A DNA stretch of 64,000 bases from Candidatus Hydrogenedentota bacterium (GCA_963745075.1 CAVUWV010000023.1:32001-96000); one strand, 5' to 3'; shown: positions 38,906 to 49,584, numbered from the stretch's first letter. Made by a program: numbers and translations. Notes: generated by a model from the sequence alone, not told the origin.

Positions 38906-41479
38906 CTACGAGTTGTGATGCGCGTGCATATGCGTATGCGCGTGGTCGTGGCCTTGGCGATGGAGTTGGTTGTGGAGTTCGCGGTGGGCTGCCGTGAGAG
39001 TCAAGCGCATGCGTTTGTACGTCGCGTCGTCGGCGCGGGTGCCGATGGTGTCGAGATAGGCCAGAGCGCCTTCGATTTGTTCGAGGATGGTCACGGCATC
39101 GGCGGCCGCGAAGAAGGGCGTGCCTTCGACGGGAACCATCACGGCCGACGAGTGGGCGGCGATGATCTCGGGTTTGTCGGGGTAGTGTCCTCGCACGAGT
39201 AGGGCGATCCACGAGCTTCGTGTGATCGGTACGCGCCAGTGTCCTTTGGCGCGGGTCTTCCCGATGCGACGGCTTTCGCGAATTTCGCCGTTAACGATGA
39301 GTTCCACGCGGGACATGGGGATCGTCACGCTGGCGAGTTCGTATTCGACGTCGACCGTGCCGCCGTTGCGTTTCATGGGGATGCGGGAACCGGCGGGCTC
39401 GCCCTCGACCGTGAACTCCATCAGCGGCCCGTAGGTGACGAAGGTGTGGCCGTTGCGCACGACGTTCATCCACGCGCCGTACGTGAATTCACGATTCTTG
39501 CCGACGCAGGCGTAAGTGCGGACCGTGCCGACGGCCGTGTTCGCGCTCATCTTGTCCGTGCCGCCGACGGCCGGGTGGGCGTAGCCGCAGTTGAGGTAGC
39601 GGTACCAGTCCGAGAGCGAATAGGGATCGATGCCGCTGTACAGGTCGCCCCACGAACACATTTCGACGGCGTCCACCTGGCCGCTGACGAGGTTGGCCGC
39701 GTTTTCGCAGCGGGGATTCGGGAAGTGGGGCATGACCACCAGCCCACCCTGGGCGCGGCAACGTTGAGCCCATTCCGCCATGAGCGCACCGGCCGGATCG
39801 CCGAGCGCCGACTCATCGGCCCCGGCGGTGCACATGGGGGCGATGATGTTGCCGTTGTACCCGAGCAACGAGATGTGGCCGAGGACGTGTTGCCGGTTCT
39901 CGGTACCAACCCGCACCAGCCATTCGCCGTCGCCGCCCGCTTCTTTGGACCCAAAGGTCGTTTTGCCGTCAAAGTCGCCGACGTTCGTCATCAGTTCGCC
40001 CCATTGGCTGGCGAGCAGGTTGATGACGTTGACGCCTTCCGCCGAACCCTCGAGCATGGCCGTCGCGGGAGATAAAAAATGCACGTGCGTGTCCGCGGTG
40101 ATCCAGCCCCGTTCGCGCCATGGCAAGACCTTCTCGATGGCGATGGTAATCGTCTTGGTGCGCGGCGTGATCCGTTGCACTTTTCGGATCGGCCTGATTT
40201 CGAATCCTTTGCTGACCTCGACGTACACGTTGCCGAAGGGGAGGTCGATGGTCGTTTCGCCGGAGATGTAGGCGCAGTAATGGATGTTCTGATTGAGGAA
40301 GTCCGCGCTGTAGTCTTCAAACCACGCGGGATTTGGAATCCGGTGGCGATCCACGGGTGCAAGATATTCGCCTGCCTCGCCATGGATGTGTAGCTTCACG
40401 GGTACCGGACGTTTGCTCGCCTTTTCGACGACGCGCACCTGCACGCGTTGCGTTGCGGGTGCGACCGGGGTGAGGGCGGTGCCGCGTCCGCCGCCTTCAA
40501 CCTTCTCTACCGGAATCATCTTCCCGCCGACGTGGAACCGCGCGTCCGGATGCGCCGTGTATTCGATCAACACGTCGCGCGCCGAGTGCTTCGGAGCCTG
40601 GTTGTTGTAACTCGAAGACCAAGCTGCGTTGGGATAGATTGTTCGGGGTTGCGCCGAGATTACCTGGCCCAGGTCGAGTGCGATCTGTTTCAGGTACCCC
40701 TCGTCGTTCAGCGCGGGATTGAATGTAACGTCTTTTGGTAGTTTCAGGATAACTTTGCGGCGCGTGCGCCAGCGCAGTGGTTGATTCTCGGCCGTTCCGG
40801 CCGCGACGCCGGAGATCAACAAGCCGAATCCCTTGGGTTCAATGCGCAATCCGACGATCGTCTTCTCGGGGTGGGGGTTCTCCCACGCCCACAACCAATT
40901 GACCCAGGGCACAATGTCGGTCTGCATGACGCGGGTCTGGCTCTGCCCCCAGTACGTGAGCGTGTTGCCGTACGGCGGGTCGATCACCTGTTCGTGCACG
41001 GGCGGCACGGGCCGCGGCTTGCGAAAAGCGACGGCCTGAAAGCAATTCTCGCCCCAGGGTCGTTCGAACATGCCGATGTGATGCCGGCGGCGAATGGCAT
41101 GCCGTCCTTCGCTACCGTCTTTGTACAGCAACACGTAATCGGCGACGTGTTCATTCAGGCGCCCGATGCCGCGCGTTGGCGAAATGAAACCGTCCTTGTT
41201 CCATGGGAGCGGCTCGAAATCCGTGGTATGCATGAACACCAGCCAGGGCGCTTTGAAGGGTTTTAATGGGACGTCGATCGGGAACTTCTTGGCGGCGAGC
41301 GGGCGGTTGACCGCAAAGGGTAGGCCCCAGCAGGTGCAGGTTCCGCGCGGCGCGCGGGACGCGGTGTCCTGCATCTTTTTCGAGAGGCCGGCTTTACGCA
41401 GCGTGACGAAGGTTGCGTTGCCGCGGAAGGGCACGGCTTGGAACAGGGGTGATTGCGGGCCATCGTGAACGGCTGCCAT
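38906..41479 (-). CDS. CehA/McbA family metallohydrolase (PHP-like) with His-rich tail
   Basis: GW.TADTHVH, E.R...LGH..LL, WY..LNCG.....GGTD, VG.VRTY, TYGP, AHSS. Confidence 0.82.
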   Translation of the reverse strand: MAAVHDGPQSPLFQAVPFRGNATFVTLRKAGLSKKMQDTASRAPRGTCTCWGLPFAVNRPLAAKKFPIDVPLKPFKAPWLVFMHTTDFEPLPWNKDGFISPTRGIGRLNEHVADYVLLYKDGSEGRHAIRRRHHIGMFERPWGENCFQAVAFRKPRPVPPVHEQVIDPPYGNTLTYWGQSQTRVMQTDIVPWVNWLWAWENPHPEKTIVGLRIEPKGFGLLISGVAAGTAENQPLRWRTRRKVILKLPKDVTFNPALNDEGYLKQIALDLGQVISAQPRTIYPNAAWSSSYNNQAPKHSARDVLIEYTAHPDARFHVGGKMIPVEKVEGGGRGTALTPVAPATQRVQVRVVEKASKRPVPVKLHIHGEAGEYLAPVDRHRIPNPAWFEDYSADFLNQNIHYCAYISGETTIDLPFGNVYVEVSKGFEIRPIRKVQRITPRTKTITIAIEKVLPWRERGWITADTHVHFLSPATAMLEGSAEGVNVINLLASQWGELMTNVGDFDGKTTFGSKEAGGDGEWLVRVGTENRQHVLGHISLLGYNGNIIAPMCTAGADESALGDPAGALMAEWAQRCRAQGGLVVMPHFPNPRCENAANLVSGQVDAVEMCSWGDLYSGIDPYSLSDWYRYLNCGYAHPAVGGTDKMSANTAVGTVRTYACVGKNREFTYGAWMNVVRNGHTFVTYGPLMEFTVEGEPAGSRIPMKRNGGTVDVEYELASVTIPMSRVELIVNGEIRESRRIGKTRAKGHWRVPITRSSWIALLVRGHYPDKPEIIAAHSSAVMVPVEGTPFFAAADAVTILEQIEGALAYLDTIGTRADDATYKRMRLTLTAAHRELHNQLHRQGHDHAHTHMHAHHNS

Positions 41480-41599
41480 GAATGGGTCTCCCGGGTTTAT
41501 CGCGAACCTGTGGCCGCTTCGAGATCGAATGGACTATATGGTCGAGCGGGATGAGGATTGGGGCGGTGGTGAGCGTGCCCGCGCCACACACCATCGCGT

Positions 41600-42349
41600 T
41601 CACAAGGCCCGCACGTATTCTGCGCTGATGCGGGCGCTTTCCAAGGAGTCGCCCGCGCATTCGTCTTGCTCGACAATGTACCACTGGACGCGGGCCTTCG
41701 CCGCGGCGCTGAGGATGGGTGTCCATTCCATGATGCCGCGACCCATTTCCGCGAAGGTGCGGTCGTCGCCGCCGGTCATGTCTTTGAGATGGAGCAGCGG
41801 CGTGCGTCCCGCGTACTTCTTAATGTACGCTACGGGGTCGGCGCCGCCGTATTTGACCCAATAGGTGTCCAACTCCGCGGCCAGATTCGACGCGTTCGCC
41901 GCGCCCAACAGGATGTCGAGGATGTATTGGCCGTCGTAGCGTTGAAACTCGTGGGCGTGGTTGTGGTAGCAGAGGGTGATTCCTTCGCGCTGGAACTGGG
42001 CGCCGGCGTTGTCCATGGCCTTGGCGCACCGGATCCAGGCATCTTGGTCGGGGCACATCTCGCCCCCGAGCCAGGGCACGACGGCATAGTGCAAATCAAG
42101 CGCCTTCACGGACTCGATAACCGCGCCCGTGGTCTTGACCACGTCTTCATAGGGGAAATGGCCGCTGATGGCTTTGAGGCCCGCGTCCGCGAGCATTTGC
42201 TTGTAGTCGTTCGGACTGTGGGACCCGAACCCCGCGAGTTCCACGAAGTCGTACCCGATTTCTTTCACGCGCCGGAGGGTGCCCGGCGTGTCCTTTTCGA
42301 GGTGGTCCCGCACGGTATACAGTTGCAATGCGAAGGGAATACCGCTCAT
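41600..42349 (-). CDS. Sugar phosphate isomerase/epimerase (IolE/MocC-like)
   Basis: QLYTVRD, YHNHAHEF, ELD.YW, LHLKD, VEQD. Confidence 0.9.
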   Translation of the reverse strand: MSGIPFALQLYTVRDHLEKDTPGTLRRVKEIGYDFVELAGFGSHSPNDYKQMLADAGLKAISGHFPYEDVVKTTGAVIESVKALDLHYAVVPWLGGEMCPDQDAWIRCAKAMDNAGAQFQREGITLCYHNHAHEFQRYDGQYILDILLGAANASNLAAELDTYWVKYGGADPVAYIKKYAGRTPLLHLKDMTGGDDRTFAEMGRGIMEWTPILSAAAKARVQWYIVEQDECAGDSLESARISAEYVRAL

Positions 42350-42385
42350 GACTCAACCCTTTCGTAATCGGTTTTCGTGAACGTG

Positions 42386-42838
42386 TTACAACGTTTTGCG
42401 CATGCGTTTCAGATAGTGGCGAACGCCGTCCTTTATCTGGCGGGACACGGCGCGCCCGATAATCGCGGCGACGAGGAAGTTGACCTCCATATCGCATTCG
42501 ATCAAGTCGGTGTATTCGATCTCGGTCTTCTTTTTGCTGCGCGACTTGAAGGTGGCGATTCCTTTGGATTTCATGTTGCCTTTGCCGACGGACTTCCACT
42601 TCAAGACGTGATCGCCGGTCATGGTGTAGCGGATCGTGTGCCATCCTTCGAAGGTCACGCCCAACTCGGTTCGCGGTTCGAGGATCAGTTTGAGCGAGTT
42701 GTTTTTCAGGACCTTATACTCCGCAACGCCGCCGTAATTCGCCGCGATGGTTTGCAGGTCGCTGAAATGGGCTTCGGCCTTTTCGATGGGCACATTGACT
42801 GTAAACGTTTCGGAGTACTCGCCGGCATACTTCGCCAT
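42386..42838 (-). CDS. SRPBCC/START-like fold protein (CoxG-like)
   Basis: 150 aa with a GGAGG RBS. Beta-rich with a long C-terminal helix; fold assigned by pattern only. Confidence 0.55.
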   Translation of the reverse strand: MAKYAGEYSETFTVNVPIEKAEAHFSDLQTIAANYGGVAEYKVLKNNSLKLILEPRTELGVTFEGWHTIRYTMTGDHVLKWKSVGKGNMKSKGIATFKSRSKKKTEIEYTDLIECDMEVNFLVAAIIGRAVSRQIKDGVRHYLKRMRKTL

Positions 42839-42872
42839 ACCTGCCTCCCAAAGAGTTGTTAATGGTTCAATT

Positions 42873-43649
42873 TCATCCGCCTGCGTGCGTGCGCAGGAAT
42901 TCATAACTCATTCGGCAACTGTCAAACACGTCCCGCTCCGATTCGTCCTGCTCGTACACGAGCCATTCGACGCCGGCATTTCGCGCAGCCGCGAAGATGG
43001 CGGGCCAGTCCAGGACCCCGTGACCCAGTTCAGTGGGAACCGGTTTGCCATCGGAATCGAGATTGGCCTTGTGGTCTTTCACATGAATGATGGGACAGCG
43101 CCGGGCGTGGCGCGCGATATAGATCGCGGGATCGGCTTTGCCGGTGTGGACCCAGGCCGTGTCGAATTCGGCGTGGACGAGTTCGGGCGGTGTTTCATCG
43201 AGCAGGATATCGATCTTGAAGCGGGTATCTTCGGCAAAACGTTGAAACTCGAAGTCGTGGTTGTGGTAGGAAAAGCGGATGCCTTCGTCGCGGAGACGTT
43301 CGGCAACCGATTTGATCCGATTCAGGCCGCGCCGCCAATCCGCCAGGGAATCGCGGCAATCCGTCATCATGCTGGCGAGGGCCAGATCCCGGACGCCCAG
43401 AGTGTGCCAGAATTGAACGGTGTCCGCGAAATCCGATTCGAAGGGTTCGAGCATGCAATGTCCGGCCATGGTGGATAGGCCAGCAGCATCCAGCGCGGCA
43501 CGGGCTTCTTCGGCGGGCAGGTCCGGCATACCGCTCCATTGGACATACTCGAAACCCGTGTCGCGCACGCGGTTGAGGGTGTCCTGCAAATTTTGTTTTG
43601 CCGGTTCGCGAACCGTGTACAGAATCATGGCGATGCCCGGGGTGCTCAT
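42873..43649 (-). CDS. Sugar phosphate isomerase/epimerase (paralogue of 41600..42349)
   Basis: LYTVRE, YHNHDFEF, EFD.AW, IHVKD, YEQD. Confidence 0.9.
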   Translation of the reverse strand: MSTPGIAMILYTVREPAKQNLQDTLNRVRDTGFEYVQWSGMPDLPAEEARAALDAAGLSTMAGHCMLEPFESDFADTVQFWHTLGVRDLALASMMTDCRDSLADWRRGLNRIKSVAERLRDEGIRFSYHNHDFEFQRFAEDTRFKIDILLDETPPELVHAEFDTAWVHTGKADPAIYIARHARRCPIIHVKDHKANLDSDGKPVPTELGHGVLDWPAIFAAARNAGVEWLVYEQDESERDVFDSCRMSYEFLRTHAGG

Positions 43650-43758
43650 GCAGTCCTCCACTTGGATCGAACGGCGTAGAACCATTGCCGCAGATGCGGC
43701 GGCTTTCGATTTTCCACGGGATGGTATTGCGTGTCAAACGGGGATATGGACGTGCATG

Positions 43759-45453
43759 TTATCGGGCGACGTTAAGAAGGGTTTCCAGCATGCGGTCGGC
43801 GATGGTGATGACGCGGGCGGACGCTTCGTAGGCGCGCTGGAAGAGCAGCATGGAGGTGACTTCTTCGTCGAGGTTGACGCCGGACACCTCCTGACGGCGG
43901 GCGTCGAGGTCCTGGATGAAGGCGTTTTCCGTATTCAGGACGTCCGTATTGGAACGGCCGTCGACGCCGAGCGTGGCTACGGTGGACTGATAGAATTCCG
44001 CGATGGTAGACGAATTGCTGTCCAGCACCTTGGCGGTGCGCAGGTCCGCCATGGCCAGGGCGGCGGAATTGTCACCGGTGTTCGACAGGTCGGTGCTGAA
44101 ACCCGACGAGAGCAACGCGGGGTTATTGGCGAGATCGGGATTGAGTGCAATCGTGCGGGCGTCGGTGCCGGTAAACAGGCCGTTCAATCCCAGTGCCGGT
44201 AACGCGCCGGTCGAGTCATTGGCGAAGGAAAACGAGTAGGTTGCGTCGGGGGAGATTTCAAGCTGGTTGCCGTTCACCACTGCATTGAGATTTCCGACGG
44301 TGTTGAGGTCTGTGGCGAGGTCGTTCAACGTCGTTGCGCCGGTAATCGTAATCGTGGTCGTGGTGGGCGTGCCGGCGGAGTCGTAGACGACGACGTCGAA
44401 GGTGCCGGGCGTTACGGTGAAAGGGAGCCCCGCGGAAACCAGGGGATCGGTTGGGGCGTTCACTTCATTGGTGCTGGTCAGGGCCGACGAGTAGGCTTCG
44501 AGGCCGCGTCCCTGGCTGTGAATTGCGTTTAGTTGCTGGATCAGGGCGCCGGCAATCTCGTCGATTCGCGCGTCCTGCTCGGGAATCACCGTATCGCGAA
44601 TGGTCAGGGCCCCGAATACCTCGCCGCCGCGCACGTCCACCAGCGAGTTGTCGTCGGCGAAGCGTAACTCGACCAAATCGCCGCGTTCAGGGTCCAAGGC
44701 CGGGTTGCGGACGGCGGAAATCTCGCGTGCGCGGGTCGTGTCGACCAGGATGGCGCTGCCAATCTGGACCTGGACCTGGCCGGTCTCGCTCTCGTGATAG
44801 GTGATATTGACAATCTTGCCCAGTTGATCCAGGAGTACGCCGCGCTGGTCCCGCAAGGAACCGGCGGTCCGGCCCGACGCTTCGATTTGCTGGATCTGCC
44901 GGTTCAACTCGTAGATGCGCTGGGAAATGGAATTGATTTCCGGCACTTGGTTGCGGATTTCTTCGTTGGCGTTGGTCCGGAGTTGATCGAAGCGGGAAAC
45001 GAGTTGGTTGAGATCGGTGGCGACGGCATCCGCTTCAGAGAGAAAGGCCTCGCGAACGGGGAGTGATTCCACGTTATTGGCGTAATCGTGCAAGGCGTCA
45101 AAGAATCGGTCCAAGCGGGTGCCGAACCCGTTGTCGCTAGGCTCTAAGAAGGTGTCCTCAATGAGGTTATAGTACTGGGCTTGAACCTCGGCGCTGCCCA
45201 GACCGGCGACCTGCCGCACGTACGCATTGTCGAGAAACCCGTCGCGCAGCCGCGCGATCTGGGCGATGCCGACGCCGCGCCCGATCTGACCGGCGGGGGT
45301 GTTGATTGGGAAGAGTTCGACCAATTCGGCCCGCTGGCGGGAGAAGCCGGGGGTGTTCACGTTGGCGATGTTATTGCCGGTAACGTCGAGCTGGATCTGC
45401 GCGGTACGCAGACCCGAAGTCCCGATACTGAGCGCACTGAATAACGTTCCCAC
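43759..45453 (-). CDS. flgK: Flagellar hook-associated protein FlgK
   Basis: SGL...Q..L.VTGNNIANVNTPGFSRQ, G.GV, L.DQR..L.D.L, SGVNLDEE...L.FQ.AY.ASA. Confidence 0.95.
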   Translation of the reverse strand: MGTLFSALSIGTSGLRTAQIQLDVTGNNIANVNTPGFSRQRAELVELFPINTPAGQIGRGVGIAQIARLRDGFLDNAYVRQVAGLGSAEVQAQYYNLIEDTFLEPSDNGFGTRLDRFFDALHDYANNVESLPVREAFLSEADAVATDLNQLVSRFDQLRTNANEEIRNQVPEINSISQRIYELNRQIQQIEASGRTAGSLRDQRGVLLDQLGKIVNITYHESETGQVQVQIGSAILVDTTRAREISAVRNPALDPERGDLVELRFADDNSLVDVRGGEVFGALTIRDTVIPEQDARIDEIAGALIQQLNAIHSQGRGLEAYSSALTSTNEVNAPTDPLVSAGLPFTVTPGTFDVVVYDSAGTPTTTTITITGATTLNDLATDLNTVGNLNAVVNGNQLEISPDATYSFSFANDSTGALPALGLNGLFTGTDARTIALNPDLANNPALLSSGFSTDLSNTGDNSAALAMADLRTAKVLDSNSSTIAEFYQSTVATLGVDGRSNTDVLNTENAFIQDLDARRQEVSGVNLDEEVTSMLLFQRAYEASARVITIADRMLETLLNVAR

Positions 45454-45509
45454 ACGAACCTCCTTGTTGCACTATCTCGCCCCGAACTCTGAGGCTAACG
45501 CATTCGGAC

Positions 45510-45525
45510 GGGCTCGTCCGTGCCC
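45510..45525 (-). promoter_or_regulatory. CsrA/RsmA-like hairpin in the flgK leader
   Basis: GGGC-ACGGACGA-GCCC (ANGGA in the loop). A second AAGGA lies in the RBS. Confidence 0.5.
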
Positions 45526-45549
45526 AAAGGGGAGCAACCCGCATACCCA

Positions 45550-45577
45550 TTATCGGCGGTGAAGGCAAGGTCCTTTA
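45550..45577 (-). promoter_or_regulatory. Sigma28 (FliA/SigD) promoter of flgK
   Basis: TAAA-N16-GCCGATAA on the minus strand, about 100 nt upstream of flgK. Confidence 0.85.
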
Positions 45578-45670
45578 GCGCAGGGGGTTAACGGGTTCTA
45601 ACTGCTTGTGGTGCAAGAGTATGGCAGGCAACTCTTTCCGCTCGGGGCAAAAGGTGCCGGTGGCCGGGAT

Positions 45671-45820
45671 CAAATCCGAAATCCGAAGCTCGAAATCCGA
45701 AACAATTCTGAATGACCGAAAGGGGGAAATGGTCCGAATAAACCTGTGCTGTGACAACCTGTCGTACCCTGCCGGTTCTTTGGGAACCGGTATTTGAGAT
45801 CAGAGATTTGAGATTTCAGA
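45671..45820. repeat. Degenerate heptamer tandem repeats
   Basis: CAAATCC GAAATCC GAAGCTC GAAATCC..., then ATTTGAG ATCAGAG ATTTGAG ATTTCAG. Confidence 0.7.
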
Positions 45821-46276
45821 AATGCGATGGGCCAGGGCCACCGGCCTATAAAACAACGTCTTCGGGGCGGTGAGAGCGGCGAATCGGGCAGCGGGCGAGG
45901 GCCGGCGCGGAACCTATATTCCGAATGCCTTTAATGTAAAAATAGAATTGCAAAAATGCAGCGTTGGTGTTAGCATGAAGCCAACGGCAGGAACGACGTA
46001 CGAGAGCCACTTTGTGAGCGTCCGATAAACGGACAATAAGTGTGGCCCGAGTATATGCCCCTAGTGCCTATAGGGCTCTCGACGCAGTTCCTGCCGTTGT
46101 TGTGTGCGGGGGAATCGGAAGAATCTGAGCGTTTCCACAACTTCATATGCTCGTACTCGACAGCGCTTTGACCCCTACCCTTTTGCGCAAAGACCATTCG
46201 CGCTGTATGCAGTCGAGACCGATGTGAGGTCTTTTTCGAGTACGAGACCGAGTACGGGCTATTTGGGGAACACGGC

Positions 46277-47260
46277 CTATGGGGAGACCCCCGCAGGCTG
46301 GCGTCCGTAGTGGTAGGCGATGAGCATGAAAAATTGCAGGCCGAACATGAGCGATGCCAGCACGAGGTGGACGGGTTGCAGGAAGGCCGGGATCGCCAGG
46401 TAGTACATGGCGGCGCCGGCGGCGATCTCGATGACGATGATCGCCATTAAGGCCGCCGCACAACGACTGAGCAGTCGTGACGCGCCCCCCGGCTTCCAGA
46501 CGACCGCAGCGACTGCGGCGTTCGCGGCGAGCAATACGAGCGAGAAGGACCGGTGCACGAGGACGCTCGTACCTACACTCTCCATCCAGAGGGCGCGGTT
46601 CTCCGCGCCGAAGGCTTTGGCGATTTCGTCGACGTGTTCCCGCACCTGCGTGCCGAGTACGACTTGCATGAGGGAGAGGATCAGAACGATCACCAAAAGT
46701 GGCGCAAGCATCGCGCGCGGTTGGGTTTCGACAGCGGAAAGACGGTCGTGTTGTGACCGCGCAATGGCGTAGATGAGCATGGCCACGAGGACCAGGGCGA
46801 CAACCATGTGCACGGTGATCATCAACGGCACGAGATTGGACGCGACGACCAGAGAACCCAACCATCCCTGAAAACCCACGAGCAAAAACGATGCGAAACT
46901 CAATACGGTCACCCAGACGTCGGTGCGCAGGTAACCGAATGAAACGACGAGAGTCAGGAAGATGAGAAAGCCGATGGTGACGCCGACCAGCCGATTGACG
47001 TATTCGGTCCAGGTTTTCACCACGTTGAACGTGGTGTCGGCGTAGCCACGCTCGGCGTAAATCTCCTGATAGTTTGCGGGCAATTGCGAGACATCCGTCG
47101 GGGGCACCCATCGCCCGAAGCATGTTGGCCAGTCGGGGCAGCCCATGCCGGAACCCGAGGCCCGGACGATCCCGCCCACGAGGATCAGGAAGTAGACGGC
47201 CGCGATCGTAACGATGCCGACGATGCGAAAGGCGCGGGGTGTGAAAAACGTACTGCTCAT
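46277..47260 (-). CDS. ctaA: Heme A synthase (CtaA/COX15 family)
   Basis: GG.VR..GSGMGCPDWPTC.G, EY.NRL.G, Q..LG..VV, conserved His residues (VHM, VHRS, VHL). Confidence 0.88.
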   Translation of the reverse strand: MSSTFFTPRAFRIVGIVTIAAVYFLILVGGIVRASGSGMGCPDWPTCFGRWVPPTDVSQLPANYQEIYAERGYADTTFNVVKTWTEYVNRLVGVTIGFLIFLTLVVSFGYLRTDVWVTVLSFASFLLVGFQGWLGSLVVASNLVPLMITVHMVVALVLVAMLIYAIARSQHDRLSAVETQPRAMLAPLLVIVLILSLMQVVLGTQVREHVDEIAKAFGAENRALWMESVGTSVLVHRSFSLVLLAANAAVAAVVWKPGGASRLLSRCAAALMAIIVIEIAAGAAMYYLAIPAFLQPVHLVLASLMFGLQFFMLIAYHYGRQPAGVSP

Positions 47261-47301
47261 GGTTGAACTCCCATCCGGTGCGCGCGAACCGCAGCCGGAT
47301 G

Positions 47302-48684
47302 CTATGACGAGGATTCGAGAATGTCCAGCATCTCCTGGATGCGGGCGAACTTCTCCCGGGGTTTTCCTTTCAATTTGCCCCGTTCGATCTCGGCGTCGTC
47401 GATGCGTTGCCAATCCATGAAGGTGACGTGGCGAATCTTGCGCGACTCGAGGAGTTCGAGCAGTTCGACGCCGTCGCGGTGCGCGCAGGGCTTGAGATTG
47501 GGCATATCTTCGAGCAGGGCCTTGACGGTAGCCTGGCTGTCCGGCTTGTTGGTGCCGATGACACCGCTGGGGCCGCGCTTGATCCACCCCACGACGTAAC
47601 GGCCAGGCTGCACGGCGCTCTCGAGCACCACGCGGCCGTCGAGATTCGGGATGACACCGCGGCGTTCGTCAAAGGGTACGCCCGGAATCGCGACGCCCCG
47701 GTATCCTACGCTTCGGAACACCAAACCGCAGGGTAATTCTTCCAGCGCTCCGGTGCCGACGGCTTTTAGTTTGAAGGGTTCGCCTTCCAACCGGTTCCGT
47801 TCGAGCACGATCGATTCCACGCGGTCGGCGCCGCGGATCTCTTTGGGACTCTGGAAGAAGTGGATGTGGTATCGGCGCTGTTTGGACGGTTCGCCGCGTT
47901 CGGCGAAGGATTGCAGCACCTTCATATTTTTTTTGGCGTGCTGATTCTTCGGATCGTCCAACTCGGCTTGGCTGGCGGGGTCCAGGTCGAGGTCGGCAGG
48001 CGCGAGGACGGGGTCGCAGTCCTCGAGTTCCCCGATTTCCTTGATCTCGGGCTGGGTGAACTTGGCCTGGACGGGTCCGCGGCGTCCGATAAGATGGATG
48101 GTGCGGACCTTGCTCTCGGCCAGGACCTCGAGGGCGTGTTCGGCGATGTCGGTTTCCCGCAGTTCGTGGACGGTTTTGGACAGGATGCGGCTCACATCCA
48201 TGGCGACGTTGCCTTGGCCGATGACGACGGCCACTTCGGCGGACATATCGAACTCGCGGTCCCGGTAGTCGGGATGCCCGTTGTACCAGCCCACAAATTC
48301 GGTGGCCGTGTGGCTGCCTTTCAGGTCTTCACCGGGGATGTCGAGGCGGTTATCGGTCTCCGCGCCGCTGGCGAAGATGATGGCGTCGTAGAAGCGGCCC
48401 AGTTCTTCGACCGTCACGTCGCGGCCGATCGTGACGTTCCCCCAGAAGGCAAAGCCGGGCGCTCCGGCGATCTTGTTGTAGACGCGGGTTACGCTCTTAA
48501 TCTTGGGGTGGTCGGGGGCAACGCCGCCGCGGACGAGTCCGAAGGGCGTGGGTAAGCGGTCGAACATGTCGACGTGGATTTCCGGTTCCGCTTTCAGTAG
48601 GGCCTCTGCGGCGTAGAAGCCGCTCGGTCCACTGCCCACAATCGCCACCCGCAACGGTAATCTCGCGGTACCCAAGTCACTCAT
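47302..48684 (-). CDS. Ferredoxin-NADP+ reductase, adrenodoxin reductase/FprA type
   Basis: [71 protein letters not shown]. Confidence 0.93.
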   Translation of the reverse strand: MSDLGTARLPLRVAIVGSGPSGFYAAEALLKAEPEIHVDMFDRLPTPFGLVRGGVAPDHPKIKSVTRVYNKIAGAPGFAFWGNVTIGRDVTVEELGRFYDAIIFASGAETDNRLDIPGEDLKGSHTATEFVGWYNGHPDYRDREFDMSAEVAVVIGQGNVAMDVSRILSKTVHELRETDIAEHALEVLAESKVRTIHLIGRRGPVQAKFTQPEIKEIGELEDCDPVLAPADLDLDPASQAELDDPKNQHAKKNMKVLQSFAERGEPSKQRRYHIHFFQSPKEIRGADRVESIVLERNRLEGEPFKLKAVGTGALEELPCGLVFRSVGYRGVAIPGVPFDERRGVIPNLDGRVVLESAVQPGRYVVGWIKRGPSGVIGTNKPDSQATVKALLEDMPNLKPCAHRDGVELLELLESRKIRHVTFMDWQRIDDAEIERGKLKGKPREKFARIQEMLDILESSS

Positions 48685-48870
48685 GAACGCGTCCCCGTTT
48701 GCTGACAACCTTGAATCCCAGAGCGAACGAAACCCGGTAGCAGGAATTGTCCCCCCAGTTGAGAACCTGAATATAGGGGCGGTTTCGAGGGTAAGTCAAG
48801 GGGTGGCGGGAGAGGAGATGGACGATACGGATGGCAGGGATTGGCCGGGATGAATCCCATGCGCGCAGCG

Positions 48871-49584
48871 CTAAGGCAGCTCGATCCCGTACTCCCGGAG
48901 GGCCTTTTCCGCCGCGCCGGCCCAGTCGCGGTTGGCGGCGGGACTGGCCGGGCTGGGATGTAGGATGCGACCGACGGTGTGGCTGTCCGAATCAAGGGCG
49001 GCACGGATGCGGTTTTCTGCGAAGGCGCCGACGCCGAGGAGGTAGCGGGGCCGCAGCGCCGCCACGACGCGTCGAAGGGCTTCGTCGCAGGCGTTGAAAA
49101 CGGGTTCGGCCTCCGGTTTGGGCAGTTTGTCGGGGGTGCGGTTCCGGCCGCTTTCCTCCATGAAACAGAGGGGACAATAATTCACGACGAAGAACCGGGC
49201 GAAAAAGCGGTCGGCGGTCCCGAACCGGGCACGGGCCCATCCCCAGAGCCGGGTTCCGCTGACTTCGCTGCGCGGGCAGGCGAATCCGTCCACGGGGCGT
49301 TTGGGGTGTTCGTGGGGCGGTTTCTCAACCGGGGCTTCGATGCCCAGCCAGTCCCGAACCATGGCCACGTCGCCGAAGGGAACGCCCGTTTGCGCCATGC
49401 CGAAGGGTCCGGGGTTCATCCCCAGCAGGAGCACTTCCTTGGTTCCCTGGCCGTAGCGGTCCAGGTATTGCGCGTGGGACGCCCAGGCGTAGTCAAGGGG
49501 GTTGTAGATGTGGGTGACCGGCGGGTCGAAGTGCAGTGGTTGCAGTGCCTTAACGAGATCGCGGGAAATGGTCTTCAATGGCAT
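48871..49584 (-). CDS. SMUG1-type (family 3) uracil-DNA glycosylase
   Basis: YNPL.YA, GMNPGPFGMAQTGVPFG, SEVSG.RLW, NYCPL, HPSPASP. Confidence 0.93.
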   Translation of the reverse strand: MPLKTISRDLVKALQPLHFDPPVTHIYNPLDYAWASHAQYLDRYGQGTKEVLLLGMNPGPFGMAQTGVPFGDVAMVRDWLGIEAPVEKPPHEHPKRPVDGFACPRSEVSGTRLWGWARARFGTADRFFARFFVVNYCPLCFMEESGRNRTPDKLPKPEAEPVFNACDEALRRVVAALRPRYLLGVGAFAENRIRAALDSDSHTVGRILHPSPASPAANRDWAGAAEKALREYGIELP

